DNA from: Felis catus
Lineage: Eukaryota
Assembly: GCF_018350175.1 (NCBI RefSeq)
Contig: NC_058383.1
Location: forward strand, 8,558,001 to 8,622,000
Length of the DNA: 64,000 nucleotides
Direction of reading: 5' to 3'
In this document: positions 24,626-37,100 of the stretch, in pieces
Layout: every line of letters starts with the position of its first letter
Numbering within the stretch: the first letter of the stretch is position 1
Translations under genes and position numbers: made by a program
The notes under the pieces: generated by a model
The model's input: the letters and a program-made list of their open reading frames with translations, nothing else
Databases searched by the model: none
What the model was told of the DNA's origin: nothing

Positions 24626-25974
24626 TGTTCTCTAAATCTCGTGGCCTTTCATTTCCAGGCCCTTCATTCAAAACTGCTTCCGTTCACCCCAATGATCAGC
24701 GCTAAGCCCTCGAACTCAGTTGAAAAGCAGTTCTATCCTTACACGTTTTATTTCGTATCCCATCCGAATTTTATTTACATATAATTTTCAAGATTAAGGA
24801 ATTTGGGGATGTAATCACACGTCAAATGAAGTGCGGGGGAATAAAAGTACAGTGTTCCTGCTGGGAAGTCCAACTCACACGTGTGTATAATCAATTAAAC
24901 ATGACGATCATAAAACGGGGTGCTTTTGCCAGGTTTCTGCGAAAAAAGAAATCAAAAGCGAATTGACTCTGGGGTTTAAATGCTAGCATTTCTGTAAACC
25001 AGGGACCATACTTTGTTGTAAGTGCACCTACACTTTCCAAGTTTCTGCGCCAAAAGGAGTGAAAACCGAAGTGTCTGAACTACAGGAAGTTTCCAAGGCT
25101 GTTCCGCCGAAGCGGTGCGGGGCATACACAACGGTGCGCCAAGACTTTTCCTGTCGTGGCCTAAGCTGGCGCAGCTAGGACCCCTGGCCACCCGGCTTGC
25201 GGGTGCGTGGCGGCGCGGCGCGGGGACCGCGCTGCCACCGTTCGGGGCGTTAACGTGTGCAGCGACAGCAGGGTCAGGGCTGGTTTCACCCCAACTCCAC
25301 TCCCCCCAACCTCAAACGCTGTCCCTGGCAGGCTCGACCGGGGTCCGGCTGGGGCCCCGGGGAGGTGGGTGCGCCTCAGCCGCCCGCCAGTCCGCCTCGC
25401 ACACGCGCGGCCGCCGTGGGCCCGGTTTGCGCGGGGTCGGCGCTCGGGGCTCGGGCAGGTGGTCGCGGCGGCTCCGCGCGCTCGGGGCCCGCAGGAGGGC
25501 GAGCGAAAGCGGCGCGGCTCAGGCGCCCGCCCGGACGCGGCCGAAAGCCCGGGACTCAGGGCCCCCGAAGGGCTGCGCTCCGCCGCCGGCGGCCCCCGCG
25601 ACCCCCAGGGGCCCGAAGCAAGCCCCAGGTGAGCCCGGCCCGGGGCCTCCCGCGGGGCCCCGGAGCCCCTCCCGCCGCCCTCCAGCGCCCCATCGGGGCC
25701 GGGCCGGGGGCCGCCGCCCGCTGGGGCCGGGGGCCCGGGAGGGGCGGGGGTCGCGGGCCCGGCGCCGGGCGCCGGGGGGAGGGGGCAGGGGCCGCGCGCT
25801 CCAGGCCCCGCGGCGGCCGCCGCGCCCTCGGGCTCCGACTCCGGCTCCGGCTCGGGCTCGCCATGGCTGCGGCGGCGCCGTGAGGAGGAGTCCGCGTCCT
25901 CCGTGGCGGCGGCGGCGGCCGGCTCCAGGCCGGGTTTTGGCGCCGCCCGCCTGCTGCCTCCTGGCGGCTCCTGA

Positions 25975-26265
<291 letters not shown>

Positions 26266-27622
26266 TGATAACTCGCTTGATCAGAAATTGATCCTCTTTG
26301 TTCAATTCATCGATCAGCCCAAGATGGCGCCGGGAGCCGCCGCCGCCACCGCTGCCCCCGGTGTCGGCCCCCACCCCGGGCGCCCCCCCGGCCCTGCGCC
26401 GCCGCCACCGCCGCCGCCGCCGCCGCGGGACCGGGGAGGGGGGCGGCCCCGGCGGCCCGCGGGGTGCGCGCGCGAGCGGGGAGCGGGCGGCGGCGGGCGG
26501 CGGCGGCGGCGGGCGCTGCGCCGGGAGGGGGCTGCGGCCCGGCGGCGGCGCCCGGCCGCGCGCCCCGCGCCCCCGGCCCGCCGTATTCCCGGGGAAAGTT
26601 TGTGGGGAGTTGCTGTGGGGGGTGAAGCGCCTGCCTCTCCAGGAGGAGCCGCCGCCGCCACTGCCGCCGGCGCGGCGGAGCTGGGGCTGGTGGCGCTGTG
26701 GTGCCGCCGGCTCGGGGGAGGGTCAGAGCGGCCACCGGCGGCGGCGGCGGCGGCGCGGCCCGGCTCCGGCCAGGCGGGCGGGTGGCCGGGCGGGCGGCCG
26801 GGCGTCCGCGCGCCCCGGCCCCGGCCGGCCCGGGCCCCGGCCGCCGCGCCGGGGCTGTCAGCGGGCCGGGGCCGCGCCGCCGCTCCCGCACCCGGCGTGG
26901 GGGTCTCCGCGCGGACCCCGGGGTTTGTTTACGTCCGGACGGGCGCCCCGGGGCCACCCGCAGCCGCCCGGCTCTTTTGTGTGCCTGCACGAGTGGCGCC
27001 GACCGGCCCCTCCGCGGCCGGAGACGCGGGTAGGGGTGCTTGGGGGTAAACTTGCGAGGGGCGGCGGGCACCCCGCGCGCGGAGCCCGAGGGTCGGAGCG
27101 CCCGGCGGGAGCCGGTGCGGGCGGAGGGCAGCAACTTTCCCCGAGCTCAGGCCCCGCGCTGCGCCCTGGCGCGCCGTCTACCCGGGTGGGGGGACGCTTC
27201 CTCCCCGCCGCCGGTCCGGGCGGCCCGAGCCCCGAGGCTCCCGCGGCCCCCGGTGACCCGCCGGCTCCGCTCTGGCGCTCTCCTCCGAGGCCCTGTCCTC
27301 CCAACAGGGTCCGCGGGGCTCGATGGAGCGCGCGGCGGGTCCCGTCCGAAATGCCGCCTCGGGCCGGCTTCTCGAAAGCAAAGCCCCCGGGGCCCCCCTG
27401 GACTGTGGTGTGCCGGGCCGTGGTCCGCGCGCCGAGCCCGGGGCGTTGCTGGGGGATCGTGCCGGGGCTCCCCGTCCGGCTCCGGTGCTGCCGCTGTGCC
27501 CAGGGGGCGCGTTTCTGCCTGTCACCCCAGACCCAGAGGAGCCGCGCGCCCTCGGGGTTCGCCCCGAATCTGCCGGCTCCGCGCTCGCCGCGCCTGGACG
27601 GCCCCGGGACCCCGCCAGGTGG

Positions 27623-27652
27623 ATGTTGTGCGTAGCCGGAGCCAAGTTGAAG
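27623..27652 (+). CDS. CUX1: CUX1 alternative first coding exon 1b (MLCVAGAKLK; N-terminus of the canonical p200 transcription factor isoform)
   Basis: ATGTTGTGCGTAGCCGGAGCCAAGTTGAAG followed by a GTGAGC donor, phase 0. Matches the recalled human start MLCVAGARLK|RELDATA with an R/K change. Confidence 0.93.
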
Positions 27653-30600
27653 GTGAGCGGCGTGTGGGTCAGAAGAGCGATGCGGGGGTGGGGGGGGGGC
27701 GTGGGGGCGCGGGAGGGGAGGTCGGTCTTCGGCTCCGAAGGGCCCCGGGGCGGCCTGGTACCGTGGGGGTCGCCCAGCGTCCCTTAGGGACGGCCGCGGC
27801 GCCCTGCTTTAAGGTGTGCGGGAAGGTAAACTTGGCCGAACTTTCCTAACCCGGAGGACTGGTGATAGTGACCTACAGTACTTTTAGGAGGGAAGCAAAT
27901 GAACTCCAGATGCAGCCTTGGATGAAATGAAGCGGATTGGATTAAAACCTATATAAATGGGGTCTGACAACTTTAATTGTATATGCTTGTTTTCTGTTCC
28001 TGCCTACGTAAGAACGATAAAACAGACTCATAGTCGTTATGAAATTTCTTCAGATTTCTCGCTTAACTAGGAAGAAGACTATGTGAAATATGTATTTTCG
28101 ATAAGATTAAAACTTAAAGGAGTTTGAGTATTTATTGACTAAAATAGATTACTCCAAAGTGTCTATTGTGTAAATTAGATTCCTGAATGTAATGAACACA
28201 GCCGAATGGCATTTTTGATAAATTGGTCTACCCTGTTTTAGTAAAAATAGCTCCCTTTTACCATAATTTAATTCCTGTGCTTACTGTAAAACCCGTTGTG
28301 GAATTTTGAAGAGACAAACCTTAATTTTTTTTTTCCTTGTCTTCCTAAATGTGACATTTAGCTGAACATCCATGAAGTTTATTTTTTAAGCATTTTTTTT
28401 TTTTTGGCAAAAAAACTGCGTGGGAGGTCGATTCGGTTTCCAGAAAGGTATTAGATTTGAGGATCTCTTTGACACCCCACAACCTGCCAGTGATGAGCTA
28501 CTTCGGGATATCATGAGGATATTTAACTGTGTAACTCCAGGATCGGCCTGGAAGGTTCCTTGTCCGTTTATGTGAATGAGCTTTAAGGTGTTGATCTTGC
28601 AAACAAAATAATGTGAGCGAGCATCATTATCATTGTCTGTACGGAGCTTCCTTTAGCTTTTGGTGGTAGGTGAAGATTGGGGCTGAGATGATTTTCTGCC
28701 CCTTCTTGACAGGTTTGAAAAACTTCATTTGACTGTGGAATGTCAAAGTTCAAGCAGAAGGCTAAACTGGTTCTTTCTCTGGGCCCTGAAGAGGCCTATT
28801 GAGTTGGTATCCAGTTTAACGTCATCTCTCTTCCCATAGACAGTTAAGTGAGCCGATGAGACTGCAGTTTGAGAAGAGAGAATTCATTAGTTTCAGGCTC
28901 TTCTCATCTTTCCAGAACCCCTGACCCGGAGATCGGGTTGCCTGCGGAGCCCAGTGTGGGTTGTGGCATCGCCACCTGAGGGTAAAGAGACCCTGTCTGA
29001 GCTAGACTCAGACCCAGGTTGGAGACCTCAGCGGGTTTGCTGGAGACAAGATGGTTGTGTGTCCCTCCCATGCCCCTGCTGTCCCCCAGTGAGCACGGGC
29101 TGAGTTCTGGTCCCTTGGCGTGGTCTTAAAGCTGCCCTGGGACGTGGACTGAGTGCCCAGAAAGAGAGTTTGTGAAGATCGGGCTCTATTTCGTTTCCTT
29201 TTCAGTCCCAAAGGCTTGTGGTATGGAAGTGTCAGTGCTTCGGTGTTGCTAATAAGACTAGTTGGACAAGTTTTTATCCTATCCCAGACTTGTAAAAAAA
29301 CCAGGTTTTTTTTTTTTTTTAAGACAAGAAAAACACCATTGTATAAATTTGCCTTTTAAATACATGTTTGAAAAGAGGACACTTTCTAAAACAAGCTCTC
29401 GTAACTCTGTGTGTGAGTGAAGCTTTTGGGGATGGGGCCTGCCAGCGACCCACTTCCCTTCGGGGCGTTATTCTTCCGTGGTGACTGGTGTTCCCCTTTA
29501 AGGAGTCTCTGCAAAAGTTAACTTTAAACATTTTCCTCTGTCAAAATCCGAACATAATTCCAGTTTTGCCCAAAGTCCGTTTCTCTGATAGCTTTTATTT
29601 TGCGTTTCCCTGTTAGGGAAGTATTCCCCAGAAGTGTATTATTTTGATTACAGTATGTATCCCATCTAGTAAACAAATCAAGGGCTTCTACACAGCTGCT
29701 GTCTTTGTTTTCTTAGCTCTTTTAATATCAGTGTCTTTGAGATGGCGCGTGGGAGGGGGTCATTGTCAGTGGATTAAAGTTTTTTTCTCTGTGTAAAACT
29801 CTGTGTGGTTTTTCTGTTTTTGTCTTTTAAAGGTGCAAGGCGGTGAAGGGCTGGGGTTACACAACAGCCTCTGGTACAGTTGGGTCCGTGGAGTCTCCCT
29901 TTGCCTCCTTCCCCAGTTTCACACAGCTCTTGCCAGTAGTTAGCTGCAGGAGGGGGTTGGAAGGGCGAGGGGACAAATTGCCAATCCCCTCCGGAATCAC
30001 TCTCTCCTCATCCACTGAGCTAACCTTAAAAATGTTGTCTGGTGAGCCTGTGGAGCCCCCGAGACTTTTACAGGCTGTTGAAAAAGTCCCCTGTCCTGTT
30101 GTGTACAATTAAAACAAACCCAGCAGGGTTTCTGCAGGAGCTGTGCGGAAGGGATGGCCTGTGCTTCCCTCCCGTCCTCCCCGCTTCTGGGTCCACCTGT
30201 AGCAGTCAGCCAGCAGAACTGCTCCCAGGGCTGTGCTCAGGGTCCGTCTTAGAAGAGAAAACGAGGCTCGAGGTAGAAAATCTGTATCCGTTTCAGCTCA
30301 TTGTATAAGGCGCCGCGAACATCCTCAGTGAAACGAAGGAAGGACAGATTTGTTAGAGGGAAGCTTGCACATTTTTAAAGAGAGAAATTCGTCCTGTGAA
30401 AAAATCCTGCAGAGCTAGGCCAAATTCCTACCTGTGCTTCCATTTCACACAGTTCACATTTGATGTCCTGTAAATTTCCCGTTTTTAAAAAGGCAGGTGC
30501 ATCCGCCGGCCTGTAACACAAATCCTACCTGAAAGTAACTTTAATATATAGGATCACACACTATTTGAGAAATTATTTAAAAACCTATTGACAGTCATTT

Positions 30601-32320
30601 AACGTATGAAAGTGTGTGTATATAATTGCTTTTCCTATGGAAGGTCTGATTTTTACAAGGAACTGTCAGAGATAGAAATTCGTTATCTTGTTCTATTGTT
30701 TTGTCTGAAGCTCTGCATTATGGCTGCAGAGAGACAGTTTTGGTTTCAACTGAAATTCCCCTGCCTCTGATTGTTTAAACCAGACCCTTAATCTTATTTT
30801 AACATACTTAAAACGTTCAAAAAAACCCGGAAGAATTGTTTTGTATAAGTAGCAAGTGAATGTAGTTTAAACACTCAAAGCAATTCTGGTATCTAATTGG
30901 AAACAGGTGGAATTCTTGGAATCCTGTGTTTGAATCTTATTATAGCATAGCACAGAGACACTTTTTACTTATGGCCATTTGTTTTGTTGAAGCTGTTTGA
31001 AGAGGGGCCCCATGACCTCTCATTGTGCCTCACTACTGTGTTTACCTGGACGTTCCAGTCGTGCTGGGCATTTTCGGAACTAGATGCCTGTGTCTGCCCG
31101 GACACCCGAGAGAACTATGCATGTGCAGATCGTGGAGTGAAAAAGGAACTTGAATGGCATAATTAGACAAGCGATTTAATATCTGTTATACAGCTTTTAT
31201 AGCAAAGAAGTTGTGAATTCATTTGTGATTTCTGATTTAATAAACATTTATTGACATGAGCATTTGGATACATTTTATTACACCCTGGTAATGATTTAGA
31301 ATTCACAGAGAAATTAACTGTTCCTACAAACTCGACATTTAGGGATATAAAGTCACATAGCAGCCAAAAAAAAAAAAAAAAAACTGCCCCAAGTTTGGGA
31401 TATTTCAACAAAATGTCAGTGGTGGGGCTCTCTGAAATATCTTAGTCATGTTTCCTATTCTCGTTTTCAAAGCCAGCTAAATAGCCTGGTTTTGCTGCAT
31501 GGTTAAGGACTAGGTTTTGGTTTGTGTTTACGTGTTGATTTTATTGAAGAGGACAGCCAAGGTTTGTATTGAGCTGTGGGTCCTGTCATAGTTCTGGATT
31601 TGCTGGGCTGTAATCAGTCCCAATTTTCAGCCGTATTCTAAGGAGGTAGGGAGAGGACAGTGGTCTTTGGCTGGGCAGGAGATGTCCCTGCAGGAAGTTA
31701 CCTGGGATGGGTGGGTGTGTGGGGGGACCCATGGCGTCGCCTTCATTGGTAGAAGCAGCTTTGAAGCGCCTTAGATTTTTAAAAAGGACAAGTGCTACCC
31801 TATTCACATAAGATGACACCGTTAAAAAACATAATGAGGGCCAACAGCAGTTTCTGAAAGCCATCTAATTTGTTGCAAAACCCATCAAGGACCTTTCCTT
31901 GGAAAAGTAAACAACTCTCTAATAAAAATAATTCTAATTCTTGCTGTAATTAAATTCTGATAGGATGATGTCAGTGCACGAAATAAATCTTGTCATTTTC
32001 TTCATTTGAATCTGAAGGCTCTTCCTTGCTGCAGGAGGCCCAGGGCAGTTGGCAGAATTTTTGTGTGTGTTAGAGCCCTGGGCCATGGGCAGCCTGGGGA
32101 AGCTCCTCAGATGTGAACCCCCACCCCCGCCTTCCTCAGGACCCCCGTCAGACAGGTGGCTGGAGAGGAGCGAGGCTGGGGGTGTTCATTCCTCCCCAGA
32201 ATTTACTCAGCATCACAAAGTACCTGGAAAAATAGCCAGGTAGAGGATTTACATAGAACTGAATAAATTCTACTGCTTTTCACTGAAGCATTTGTGAAAA
32301 TGAGTTGGCCTGCATCCCCT

Positions 32321-32357
32321 TTCTTTTAAATTTATTTTTTTATTTTTTAAGTTTATT

Positions 32358-32402
<45 letters not shown>

Positions 32403-32580
32403 TGTGTGTGTGGGGGGGGGGACCTCAAGTGAGCCGGGGAGGGGCAGAGAGAGAATCCCAAGCAGGCTCCACGCTGTCAGCACAGAACCAGGCACAGGGC
32501 TTGAACCCATGATCGGTGAGGTCATGACCTGAGCAGAGATCAGGAGTCAGCCACTTAAGCAACTGAGCCTCCCAGGTGCC
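32321..32580 (-). mobile_element. CanSINE with expanded (GA)n(GT)n(G)n internal microsatellite
   Basis: Reverse-complement SINEC body ending aactgagcctcccaggtgcc. Confidence 0.9.
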
Positions 32581-33901
32581 TGGCCCACACCTCTGTAAAA
32601 CCCCAGACACCACAGTGGGGCCCACTCGGCCGACAATTGAAATCTTCGATGCTTTTGACTGTGATTTACGAACAATGTTGGAAGAAATTATCAGAACTTA
32701 CTCTGAAGCATGTTTTAGCATCATCCTGAGTATACCAGCACAAGGGTTGTTTTCTTAAAGACATCTTTGTATTTGGCTGTGTTTATTCAAAAAGTTAAAT
32801 GAGTTAACGTTTTTAAAAAAAGTTATATATGGTTGCGAGGTATCCTGAATTTGGTTAAGGGAAAAACAAATTGACAAATTAGCTCTTTTTTAAGGGAACA
32901 TTGCGAAATTGCAAGAAATGGAATGCCATTCTGACTGTCATTAAGATTTTATTTGGGTGTTGACAGCTTTTTGCTAAATGTAAGATGTTCAGATCCTGTC
33001 CACTCAGCTGGAAAAAAAAAAAAAAAAAACCAACAAACCAAAAACAACTAGCTTAAAAGCTTATTCCCAATTTCCCCCTAAAAGACAGTTTGTCTCACAT
33101 TGGTTCTTTTCCCCCAATACATTTTTAATATTTTATTTGCTCACATAGTTTTTAAGACCAAAAAGAATATGAAGTCATTTTAGGCATCTCAGTTCTGATG
33201 ATATATTGGACCTGTGACGGTCCTTGGTTGATTACCGCCTTCCCTCCTGCTTTTAGGGGAGAGAGCGTTATTTGGGTCAGAGTAAAAAAGCTAATAAACC
33301 ACACCAAAGGTAGATCCGTGTCTTGAAAAGCCCGAAGCTGCAAGCAAGAGCAGGAAGGGCCTTTGAGGTGCTGCCCTAAGTGCCTGCTGTCACCCCTGCT
33401 GTCACCCCCTCCGTCACCTCTGCCTGCCGCTTCTTGCCCTTCTGAGCTCCTGCCCTGCCAAGCCTGTCCTGTTGTGACAACTGTTGTTTTATAATTGTTT
33501 TATTTTATTTTATTTTTTTGCTAAGTATTTGTGGAGCTCCATTATTTTGAGATTCTTGGAAGAAAGAGAGCTATGTAAATGAAAATTAAAAATAAAATTC
33601 TTGCTGGAGGGAATTGTGCATTTAATTTTTTTGATTAGGTTTGGGAAAGACTTCTTTTTCCCCCCTTACCCTGAAAATAGGAACATTCTGTTGCTCCTAT
33701 CACCATTTTTGCTTCATTCCACAAGGTGTGGCAGATAATGGTGAAACACGTCCTTTATTTTCTGTTTTTCACCGTGGTAGTTGACCTAGAACTTGAACCC
33801 ACGCGGTTCTGCCTATGGTGAATTACTTCTGTTTCACATTGCTCTGCCCTGCCCTCACTGAGCGCATAGATAGCTACTGCCCATAGAACACTAACCTTTT
33901 A

Positions 33902-34113
33902 GGGGCGCCTGGGTGGCTCAGTTGGTTGAGTGTCCGACTTCGGCTCAGGTCATGATCTCACAGTTCATGAGTTCTAGCCCTGCGTCGGGCTCTGTGCTGA
34001 CAGCTCGGAGCCTGGAGCCTGCTTCAGATTCTGTGTCTCCCTCTCTCTCTGCCCCCTCCCTGCTCATGCTCTCTCTCTGTCTCAAAAATAAATAAACATT
34101 AAAAAAAAAAAAA
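33902..34113 (+). mobile_element. CanSINE
   Basis: Full head-to-poly-A body. TSD AGAACAC(T/G)AACCTTTTA at 33885-33901 and 34114-34130. Confidence 0.94.
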
Positions 34114-37100
34114 AGAACACGAACCTTTTAAAGGGGAAAGATTTTGAGTCACCAACATGCAGAAATTACAACTAAAATTATAAGAAGACCTATGGATCAA
34201 TTTCCACCTTCTCGTCTTGTTCACACGGCAGAGATGTTCTAAGTTGTATGATTTTGAAAGTGAAAACTGACTTTAGGAGCATTCATGGAAGCATTAATTT
34301 ACTGGAATGGCTTCATTTCAGCTGTGCCTCGGTTTCTTGCTTACATAATCCCATGTGCTGTCACAGCGATCAGCCAAGTGGGGGACAAAGTCAGGTCTGG
34401 AGGCCACAGGCTTCTGTTCCGTAGGCATGTGTGGGACCCAGGAGCCAGATGGGAAGCCCAGGCTGCTGCAAGGCGCCCATCCAGGTGACTTGGTCCGCCA
34501 TGGACCTCACAGTTGCAGGTGAGCCTAAGGGGCTGGTGAGTGCCAACAGCCTGGAGAGCGGTACTAGGCAGTCAGGAAGTCATTACCTGGAGTGGGTCAT
34601 CCCCGGGGGACCCCTCAGTCATCTGTCTTCTCCCCACTTCTCAAATTTGTCACCATTGGCATGGAATTGAGAGAGGGAGGGTGTTGCCAGTTGTGGCTAA
34701 AAGGTCATTGTCAGGGGAGTGAGAAATCGTTGCTGATTGTTTTACTTTGTGTTGGTGTGCAATTACTCTGCCATTTTATGCCGCAAGGATGTTTTAATGA
34801 ATCTCTTGTGCATGTGTTTGCAGTTAGTGTTGGGGGCTGCTTGTTGTATATGAGAGCCAGATCTTTCTAGCACATGAGCACTTTGAACACTGAAAGTGTT
34901 CAAAACAGGTCGCAACCCATCATAGATGTGGCTGCCAGATTAATCTTCCCAAATCATTGATCCCGTCATGCTGTTCTCTCTCCTGTAGTGACTCACTTGG
35001 GTGTAGAATGGAGACCACTTTCCTTCGGCAGACAGAGTCCCTGAGGGTTGGTCCTGCCTTACCTAAACCTTTTGCCCCACTTAGAAGGATCCCAGATTCA
35101 TGCTCAATTTGGGAGAACGCTCTCGTCCTCCCTGTGCGCATCTGAGCATCAAACCTTATTTCACGCACCCCTTTTTTCCTTCCTTTTAACAGCTGTGGGA
35201 GCCCCGTGCACCAGGCGCTGGTGATGCAGGGTGGGATTCCAGCACTTCCCATCCTGGGGGAGCGGGCCGCTGGCATTGGCTGTGACGGAGCTGTGTGCTA
35301 TGAGTTGATGGAGGGCTGTAGAGGAAGGGAGTCCAAACTGGGGACCCCCCCACCCCACCCCTCGCCACTGCCAGCAGAACAGTTGGAGGGTGGCCGGTGG
35401 TCTCTAAGGTCTGCCTCCTTCTTTGGTGTTTCTGATGGACCCCACGTAGCATCCGCCATAGCTTCTGGCTCTCCTTAGCCATTCACGCTCCTGTTCTCCA
35501 CCTTGTGTTGTTATGCACCTGTTTCATCCTGCCCTGTGGCTGTAGCCTCCAGTAAGTCCTGCTGCAGGAGAGCCATTGGCCTTTTTCAAGGGGGCGGCCC
35601 CATATATTCGGATTTAAGACTAGTTCAGCTAGTTCGTTTAAGAAAGCAAATGGGATTCGTTTTTGGATTGTGCAAAGTAGATAGGTATAGAAAATGGTTG
35701 TGTTTTGAAAGCTGCTGATAGCCATATACGTAATCGCGACAGAACATGGATTTCTTGTTTATTTCCATTTATTCCATCTTTGCGAAGTGACGTGTACATT
35801 GGTTAAAGTATATGTAATTGTATTTGTGGTACATAAAACATAAAACAAAATCCACATTTTTTAAAAATAGAATTAGGCAGAACAATCCTCTGACAGAGAT
35901 TTATTCTTTGACTCTGCCCAGGGCCTGAATGGGAGGAAACTTCCCCTGTGAATGGGGAAAGTGCGCACTGTAATGATTAGAACCCAACCCGTGCGCAAGA
36001 AAGCAAGCAGCAGGAGGCCTGAAGGTCCGGGTGTCAGCACTGGAGAAGGGTCGAGAATGTGCGCAGCCCCTGGAAGCCGCCCCGTGGGCCTGGCGTGCAG
36101 CTGGGCAGAGGCCTCGGACCAGCCCCGGGGCGGAGCAGTGGCCTCGGTAGCCTGCCTGCCTTTCTGTGTTTCTTCATTTACAAAGAAAGTACCTAGGATA
36201 TTTTTATGAAGGTGACGTCACTGTCTGGCTGCAGAAGCATTTGCATGGGTTTGGGGGAAGCAAGGCTTGCAGGGGCATCTGAGGAGCCACAGACCCCAGG
36301 GCCCAGCCTGGGTGGGGGGCGGTGTCCACAGGGACGGGGAGGAGGGAGAGGAGCCACCCCTGCCAAGGGCAGAGGGTGTGTTCCCTGAGGGGTCTGTGGG
36401 ATTTGGGAGGTCCGGTGGGAGTTCAGGGGCTGAGCCCTGGGGAGGAGGAGGGCGGAGTTCAGTGGAGAGGCTGTCGTTGAAGGCACAGGTGAGGAGTTGA
36501 ATCGCAGGGTTTGAAGCTGGTGGAAGGTTTGTATGTATGCCTTTCAGTCGGTGTCGAGAGGCTGGCCTCTCATTTGAGGTGGGGAGGGCTGGAGAGCTGA
36601 TCTCAACTGGGGGACCCCCGCCTGAATCTTAACTTCCTGGCCCTGGGGCCCGGACTCCTGTGATGTTTCAGTCGAGGGGCAAGAGAAGGACAGCGTCGCT
36701 GCTGGTAATGTGGATCGCACGTTATCATAGCTGGTCTTATGACCACTGGTGACGAGGCAGAGGCTGAAACCGGTTTTGTTGTTGTTGTTGTTAAATATAC
36801 GCTAACAGCTATCATTTCCTGAGTATTGACTAGGGGCAGATGCGGTGTGGGCCCTTAACTTCTTTCCCGTCGTGCACACACAGCAGCCCCGCGGAGGCCA
36901 GAGGACCCAGCTGGTTAGGTGAGAAGCCCGGAGCCCAAGAGCGGTAACTGATTCCTGGGCCCATGGCTTTCCTGCTGATCCCTGCTGTTCACGAGGCCGG
37001 CTCTGCAGAAGCCACAGGGTCCTCGTGATGAGGCGCTGCGGTGGGGGGACTCAGGAGCAGGCCCCTGTCCACGGACCGCTCCCCGCACCCAGCCCAGAGA

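Noticed and set aside
25863..25885. Third coding first exon using the GCC|GTGAGG donor-like site
   Set aside because: It would be 17 nt (phase 2), incompatible with the phase-0 junction used by exons 1a and 1b. Kept only as a uORF candidate.
36212..36221. Isolated full CRE palindrome GTGACGTCAC
   Set aside because: A single 8-10 bp motif is about chance expectation in 64 kb, and there is no supporting cluster.
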